A DNA stretch of 52,485 nucleotides, filler included, from Ionaspis alba (lineage: Eukaryota), in the NCBI GenBank assembly GCA_964255285.1. It is 2 parts of 2 records of this genome, joined end to end, with 100 filler letters (N's around TTAATTAATTAA, not from the genome) between each part and the next. Parts side by side here need not be neighbours in the genome. Positions count along the whole stretch, not along the records: positions 26,407 to 52,485 come from CAXUUL010000149.1; 1 more part is not named here. One strand, given 5' to 3'. Shown in pieces: positions 46,393 to 52,485 of the stretch (the first letter of the stretch is position 1; each line of letters starts with the position of its first letter). A model generated the notes under the pieces. That model was not told the DNA's origin and made no database searches. It was given only the letters and a program-made list of their open reading frames with translations. Made by a program: the position numbers and the translations under genes.

Positions 46393-49078
46393 ATGCCCGT
46401 CCAGACTGGGAACACTTCCGCCATTGAGGCAAATAATGAAGGGAACTTAGAGAAGACTGGATGGAGAAAGTTCTTTGGAAACTCGAAGCAGAGAAAAACA
46501 AACGAGTCATCCTCAAGCACACCAGCTTCGACAGATGAAGACGAAAAGTTCATGAACCGGCCTCCAAAATGGAGCCTGGGAATCCTGAACGACAAGGAAA
46601 CGGACGAAGTTCCAGGTTGGTCTTGTGCCTCTCCATATCTGTACAGGAGAAATGGCTAATACGGTACTCTAGGTTCCATCTTGCTCATGTCCAAGGAATC
46701 GAAGCACAATGAGCCGCTTGGTCTTAGAAATGCACCGGCAAGAACGTCCGCATCCTCACTACCGTCTCCCTACCCTCCAGCTTCTGAACTTGGTCCTCGC
46801 CTAGGATCTCGGCCAGCTTCTCACAGAACATCCTCATTCCGGTCCGTCATCGAAGAGAAGAAGAAGACGGCGAACGGGCAAATCATACTAGAGCCTCAGC
46901 CAGATGATTCCTTAAACGACCCTCTCAATTGGCCCTCATGGAGAAGAGACGTTGCTCTGCTTTCATTAGGTTTATACTGCATGGTAGGCGGAGGTATGAC
47001 GCCTATTCTTGCGGCAGGTTTCAACAACGTAGCAGCGACATATGGTGTTCAACCAGCCAAGGTTGCTCTCACGACTGGCTTGTACATGCTTGGTCTTGGA
47101 TTGGGTTCGGTGATCGCCTCCCCCACTGCAATTCTGTTCGGAAAGCGTCCAGTGTACCTGGTCGGGGCTATTCTGCTCGCCATAAGCGCTGCATGGTGTG
47201 CTCTCTCGCCTAACTATGCTTCTCTGATGGTTGCCCGGATCTTTATGGGGCTTGCTGTCAGTCCCGTTGAGTGTCTGCCCTCTGCCACAATCGCCGAGAT
47301 CTTCTTCCTCCACGAACGGGCCTATCGACTTGGAATCTACACGCTGCTCTTATTAGGCGGCAAGAATCTCGTGCCTTTGGTTAGTGCAGTGATTATCCAA
47401 GCATTGAGCTGGCAATGGGTCTTTTGGTAAGTGATATATATCTCTCGCCGCTATCATTGTCTCACGAACGTAGGGTCGTCGCAATGTTTGCCGGATTCTG
47501 CCTCGTACTCTTGTTCTTGTTTGTTCCTGAAACTTTCTGGGACCGAACACCGCGCCCTAAGATCTATTCTGGAAAAAGAAAGGCAGCCCTCGCATCCCTG
47601 GGAGCACTCTTCACCCCTTCCCCTCATAAGAAGAGCACCTCCACACTCAATGTCCATGGTGGCGACGCATCTTCTGACATGAGGAAACTTGCATTAGGTA
47701 ATTCTGCGGGTGCGACAGGCCAAAGTCCAGCAGATGGTACGATTGCTCAAAGACGCATGCAGCGGAGCAATGGACCACACGTTGGCTTTGCTGCCGATCT
47801 TGTAACCAGAGATGATGCATCGTCGCGAGCGGAGGAGGCCACTAGTCCAGAATTCCATGACGCACCTTCTCATTTGCCTACATCTGCAAGTGAAACTGGA
47901 AATGGCACGGCTCCTCCAACCGCTGGTCTTCTTGAAGTTCCAGGTACTGCAAGCGGACTGAGTCACCCTTCGATTCCTCGACCTCTTGCTATTCACTCCG
48001 ATTCATGGCGTGTCGAGCCACGAGGTGAAGGACCAAAAACTCCAGGCCTCCACAATTTCAATTCACCCTATTATTTATCGAAAGAATCGCCTCATACAGA
48101 TTACATGAGTAACGAGCATGATCCGGAAGTACCCCGGCCGGCAGTAACGGCTCCCGCGTCCACGAGGACCGAACCTGTGACTGCGGCAATGACGGACAAT
48201 TCTATGGATCATCAGACTCCGGCAACCCTCCCCTACACCCATCATCTCCGGACACAGCCTCCAAAGTCTTTCACCCAGACCCTCAAGCCATGGAATGGAA
48301 GACTGCGACGTGACAACTGGTTCAAGGCCGCCGCACGACCATTCATTCTATTCGCCTATCCTGCGATTCTTTGGTCTACCCTAGTCTACTCTTTGTCTAT
48401 AGGATGGCTCATAGTGCTATCTGAGTCAGTCTCCGCAGTCTACAGGAATCGCGAAACTTACAATTTCAACGCTCTTCAGACCGGTCTCGTCTACCTCTCA
48501 CCGTTCATTGGAGGAATCCTTGGTACTGCTGTCGCAGGTAAAGTCAGCGATATCATTGTCAGATTCTTGAGTCGCAGAAACCAAGGCATCTACGAGCCTG
48601 AATTCCGTCTAGTGATGGCGTTACCCGTCGCTATCACAACCAGCATTGGTTTGATGGGCTTTGGTTGGAGTGCCGCTGAAAGAGATGCTTGGATCGTTCC
48701 GACTTTCTTCTTTGGAGTTATCAGTTTCGGCTGCTCTTTAGGAAGTACCACGGCTATTACATTTGCTGTGGACAGCTATAGAGTGTATGCCGGTGAGGCA
48801 TTGGTCACTCTGAATTTCTCAAAGAGTTAGTTCTCCAATTTGTGGATTATCGAGAGCGACGAAGAAGCAATGCTGACATTACTTCTACAGACATCTTTCA
48901 CGGTCTCGTCTTTTCCCTGTTCTTCCCCGAATGGCTTGACGCCTCCGGGTCAAAGACCGTCTTTATTGCCATTGGGTGTATCCAATTGGCTTGTCTCGCG
49001 ACCTCGATTCCTATGTACATATTCGGGAAGAGAGCCCGCATGTGGACCGTGCGCAAGAACATGATGGAGAAGTTTTAG
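46393..49078 (+). CDS. Major facilitator superfamily transporter (HOL1/DHA1-like) with long central cytoplasmic loop, 4 exons
   Basis: PQPDDSLNDPLNWP, motif-A-like FGKRPVY, ARIFMGLAVSP...TIAEIFFLHER, FVPETFW, RRNQGIYEPEFRL and YIFGKRAR; about 12 hydrophobic segments. Confidence 0.93.
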
Positions 49079-49614
49079 ACGGGCCTTTGTTACAATTTCC
49101 GTAAAGCACTGGCGTTGGCATGGGCATTGAGCATTGGGAACTGGTGGCAGCATTCTTTATATACCTTTGGTTAGGGACCTTTCATTCTTAGCATTAGGGG
49201 TAGCCTCTGGGAGTGGCCGGTCTTAGCATAGCGAATTGGATATTATCGCTTCCCAATTTCTCAGAACTTCCACCTTTCTGTAAAGGCGATTCACATCGCA
49301 GAGAATAAATAATTCCATTACGCACACAAATCAGGGTAGGCAATAGGGGGCCTACCTCCTACGCTCCTCGCTCTCCTTTCAGGCAATCAAATGCTAGCAG
49401 CACATCTCGAATTTTCTCTACCAATTGCACGTACCCTTCGTTAGTAATCGTGCCACTCGCTACACTACACGTATTCCATGCCACGTAGCCCCTAGCACGC
49501 CAACCTACTGACAAATCCCAAATCCATAATCCAACCTCATATCCTTCCGTGCATTTGACATCTGGACTTCGAGCTTGCTAGGCAGAGCTCATTTGTTGCC
49601 AGTAAGCTTGCCTT

Positions 49615-51068
49615 CTATTGCATTTCGATGCGGATATCACACAACTTCCCAGGCACTCCTGGTAGTGTTTCCAGAAAATGTCCTAGTGCAGTCACCATAA
49701 TTGCCTTGTGGCTGGCCGGCGATCCCCGTACGATATCTATATCGGTTACATTCTCTTCGAGCTGGGCAACCATCTGAAGACCTGTCCTGGATGGAGAAAG
49801 GTCACAGGTCTTCATGATGTTGTTGTACATCGTCGTGGGAGTACGGCACGCTGACAGGAACACCCGGCGCCATTTCAAAACGCCGTGACCTTTGACAACG
49901 AGATATGTCTGCTGGAGGAACTCCTCGCTTATAGATGACATATCAAAAGGCTCGTCTTGGTCGATATCCATGGCTTCTGTGTCCGTCTTCTCGTCGATGC
50001 CTGTTACCTCCTGGATACCCTTGTTCTCAGTTGAGATCTCTTGCCCTTGTGGGGCCGTCGTTATGGTCGGGCTCACCGCTGCACCCTCCTAAGTCTGGAA
50101 AGCCATCTGAGTTTTCTCCGCCTTCTTGTGCACAAGGAGCACACGACGCATGACCGGACCAGGTTCCTGCTGGATCACCTGATTGACAGGGGCTGCACCA
50201 ATATCTCCTTGGAGGCCCCCGTCCCCAGAGATAGCAGTTTGTCCTAGGTTTTGGGATTCCTCAACTGCTTGAGAGGTGCTTGGTTGAGTCAGGTCTTCAA
50301 ATCGCACATTATCTTCCCTTTCTAAAGTACTCGCTCCATGTGTGTTCTGCAAGATCCTTCCATTGTCGCTGGGAGTCCCCCTCCTCATGTAATCCTCGAT
50401 AATTTCAATACTTGGAACAGGTTTTAAAGGGTCAAAGACCGGGGGAACGCCGCGATGACAATTCTCCTTCTTTTTCTTTTCGAATCTTTTTGTCCTTCTC
50501 GTATTCATCCGACCATTGAGCAGTCCTAGGCAATGTCTCAGGCTGTTCTTCAGCCTTCCGTTTCTTGATCTTTTGCACCCTATTTGCCTATTTTATATCA
50601 TCAATTTTGCGAAAGAAAAATGCGGAAATGTGAATGGACTTACCGGCTGCCAAGCATTCTGTATAAGATTGACAAGGATATAACGCACACACTCTGCAAT
50701 CCTATATGATGTTAGATGAGCCAGTGGCTACCTCGTTTTATCACTCACCGTTCTTGATCATCCTCAATACTCGGCGCCTCGACTTCGCGTCCTAACACCA
50801 CTTTGGTCTTCGACCAATATTTGAATCCATATCTCCGAAGGAAAGCATGGGCAAGCTTATCGCAGGCGTCGTCGCTCTCCACAGGATAACACTTGATTGT
50901 TGTTGGATCTTCAGGAAGCATGTGTTTCAAGTCATGATAACATGACCGTCCCGCTGCAGAAAATTTGCTCAACCCGCCCGGTGCATTTGTTCCATAGAGC
51001 CCAAGGACGATCAAGCACTCGGTGATAGAGGGCATCTCCATCTTCATTCCGTTGAATGGTTGTGTCAT
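49615..51068 (-). pseudogene. Orphan multi-exon gene with apparent frameshift and in-frame stop (possible pseudogene)
   Basis: Exons 51068-50749 and 50701-50644 splice cleanly (GTGAGT/GTAAGT donors). The next exon's frame stops after SSRRSPGL while ORF 50089..50508 continues in another frame; TAG at 50091-50089 is followed in frame by ORF 49615..50076. Confidence 0.45.
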
Positions 51069-51708
51069 CTTGGGATGCGATGTACAGACATCTTGCGTTG
51101 GTACCCCACATTACTATGATTTTTTTGTGTAGGGTATTGGAGGCTGCCGAGCAATCAAACCGCCAGCCAATCACACCCCTCATGCGAACTGACTAGTACG
51201 TTCTGCAGTACTGGTTGCTGCATTTCAGGCTCATGGTCCAAGCTTTTCGTAATGCTAGCGGGAAATCCGACACATATCACCTGATCATCACGGATCGGGT
51301 AGTCCTCCGCCTTCAGGCAGAGAAGGACGCACGCCTTTTTCGGATTCTTTGCAAGCTGATTAATGGAACAAAATCAATTGGCTGCTGTCTTCAGCGTAAC
51401 GTGGTCATTGCTCTTGCATTTCTAGCGGAAAATACGACAAAGATCACGTGAGATCATGAAATCGGTAGCCCTGAATCCGCGAACGGAGAGGGACTACACC
51501 AAATAATATATTCTGAAGGTAGCCGGTTTTCATGATCGTTAGCATTCAGGACACCTTCCCTAGTCATGATGGCCTTTGACGTATACCAACCACTGGACGA
51601 GGGGGGTGTCCTATAAATATTTGGAAGCTAAGCGGGACGCAATTGCGGTTCCACAAACCATTGTCCATACCACTCCCATTGACGTGGAGGCCTCAAAATG
51701 CATTTTAA

Positions 51709-52485
51709 CTATGAAACGTCCAATCCTCGCTTCTCACCAACCCCTCTCCCCACTATCTCTTCTACTCCTACAGTCCCGGCTTTCACAGCCTCGATGTCCT
51801 GTTTCCGAAGCTTACACTCCGCCTCATATCGACAAAGCCGCTTGTCCCGCCAGAAGCCTTCCTCAGCACACGAGCTACCAAACAGATCCACAACCAACGT
51901 GAACACAACCAGGCCAGTCGTGGTCGCAACCAATCGGAGCGAGTCAAGCGACTCGGCAAGCGGGAGACAGATCAAGATGATGGCAACAACGAAGCGGACT
52001 GCTAAACGTTGGGGCTTTGGGAAGCGCAGAGTCTCGACCGATTTGTGGTCGTGAGATAAAGATATGCCACCTAACTCCATTCCGCATGAGTGCCTACTCT
52101 GAGAAAATAATTAGTAAGAGAAGAGGAAGTGAGCCACGCACCCATGCAGGCCAGTGCAATTCCCAATCCAGCACAATAGAACCAGCGAAGGCCGATGCGG
52201 ATCTCGCCTTCCGATCTGAGCGCGTAAAGCTCGGTCAGGGTCTCTGGATCAGCATTTATACAGTCGTGTGCAACGACTAATTTCGACAACGCGCCAGAGG
52301 CAAGAATGTAAGACATAATGAACGGCAAGTGGAGGAACATCCAAACCATGACTATATAACCATGTCAGCTTACGCTTTGTTAATGCTTGACGAAAGTGCG
52401 ACAGGCTTACAAGAGACGTAATGGCGTCGGATGGCGTGGGTATATATATTGCGTGAGTCGATCTCGAAGTAGATCATATTGAAGG
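51709..52485 (-). CDS. LtrA (low temperature requirement A)-like membrane protein, 3' part only
   Basis: YFEIDS...HAIRRH, WMFLHLPFIMSYILASGALSKLVVAHDC, GLRWFYCAGLGIALACM and RLAVRFVVAIILICLPLAESLDSL, typical of fungal LtrA-like proteins; the gene runs off the window end. Confidence 0.8.

Noticed and set aside
40456..49078. Hydrolase/kinase/esterase/MFS run as a secondary-metabolite cluster
   Set aside because: No backbone enzyme (PKS/NRPS/terpene synthase) or pathway transcription factor; the genes are common stand-alone families.

Overview
This is eukaryotic, intron-containing DNA from a filamentous ascomycete (Pezizomycotina-type GT-AG introns of about 45-60 nt with CTRAC/CTAAY branch points). 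It is a draft scaffold with five ~100-nt N gaps; one contains an artificial TTAATTAATTAA linker and two have duplicated flanks. About 24 genes or gene relics are visible. Conserved genes: NmrA-like oxidoreductase, RPC31, APH-type phosphotransferase, Hsm3-like protein, MET2, Acinus-like SAP/RRM/RSB protein, TMEM184/OST-alpha protein, SPT16, UBP3, MAG2/RNF10, ERG4, dienelactone hydrolase, fructosamine kinase, type-B carboxylesterase, MFS transporter and a partial LtrA-like gene. These are interspersed with orphan ORFs, disrupted genes and a 297-bp TIR-bounded MITE-like element. The most notable observations are four. (1) The antagonistic 40S-ribosome ubiquitin writer/eraser pair MAG2(RNF10)/UBP3(USP10) sits head-to-head across 485 bp. 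(2) Three orphan proteins in the first 7.3 kb share an alignable Myb/SANT-like helical module. (3) There is a MITE with GGGTT/AACCC subterminal repeats. (4) Phased E-box/CRE-like motifs and an ACTGTGG motif lie upstream of MET2. All family calls are from motif recognition by eye; no database search was run. No rRNA, tRNA or CRISPR features were recognised.
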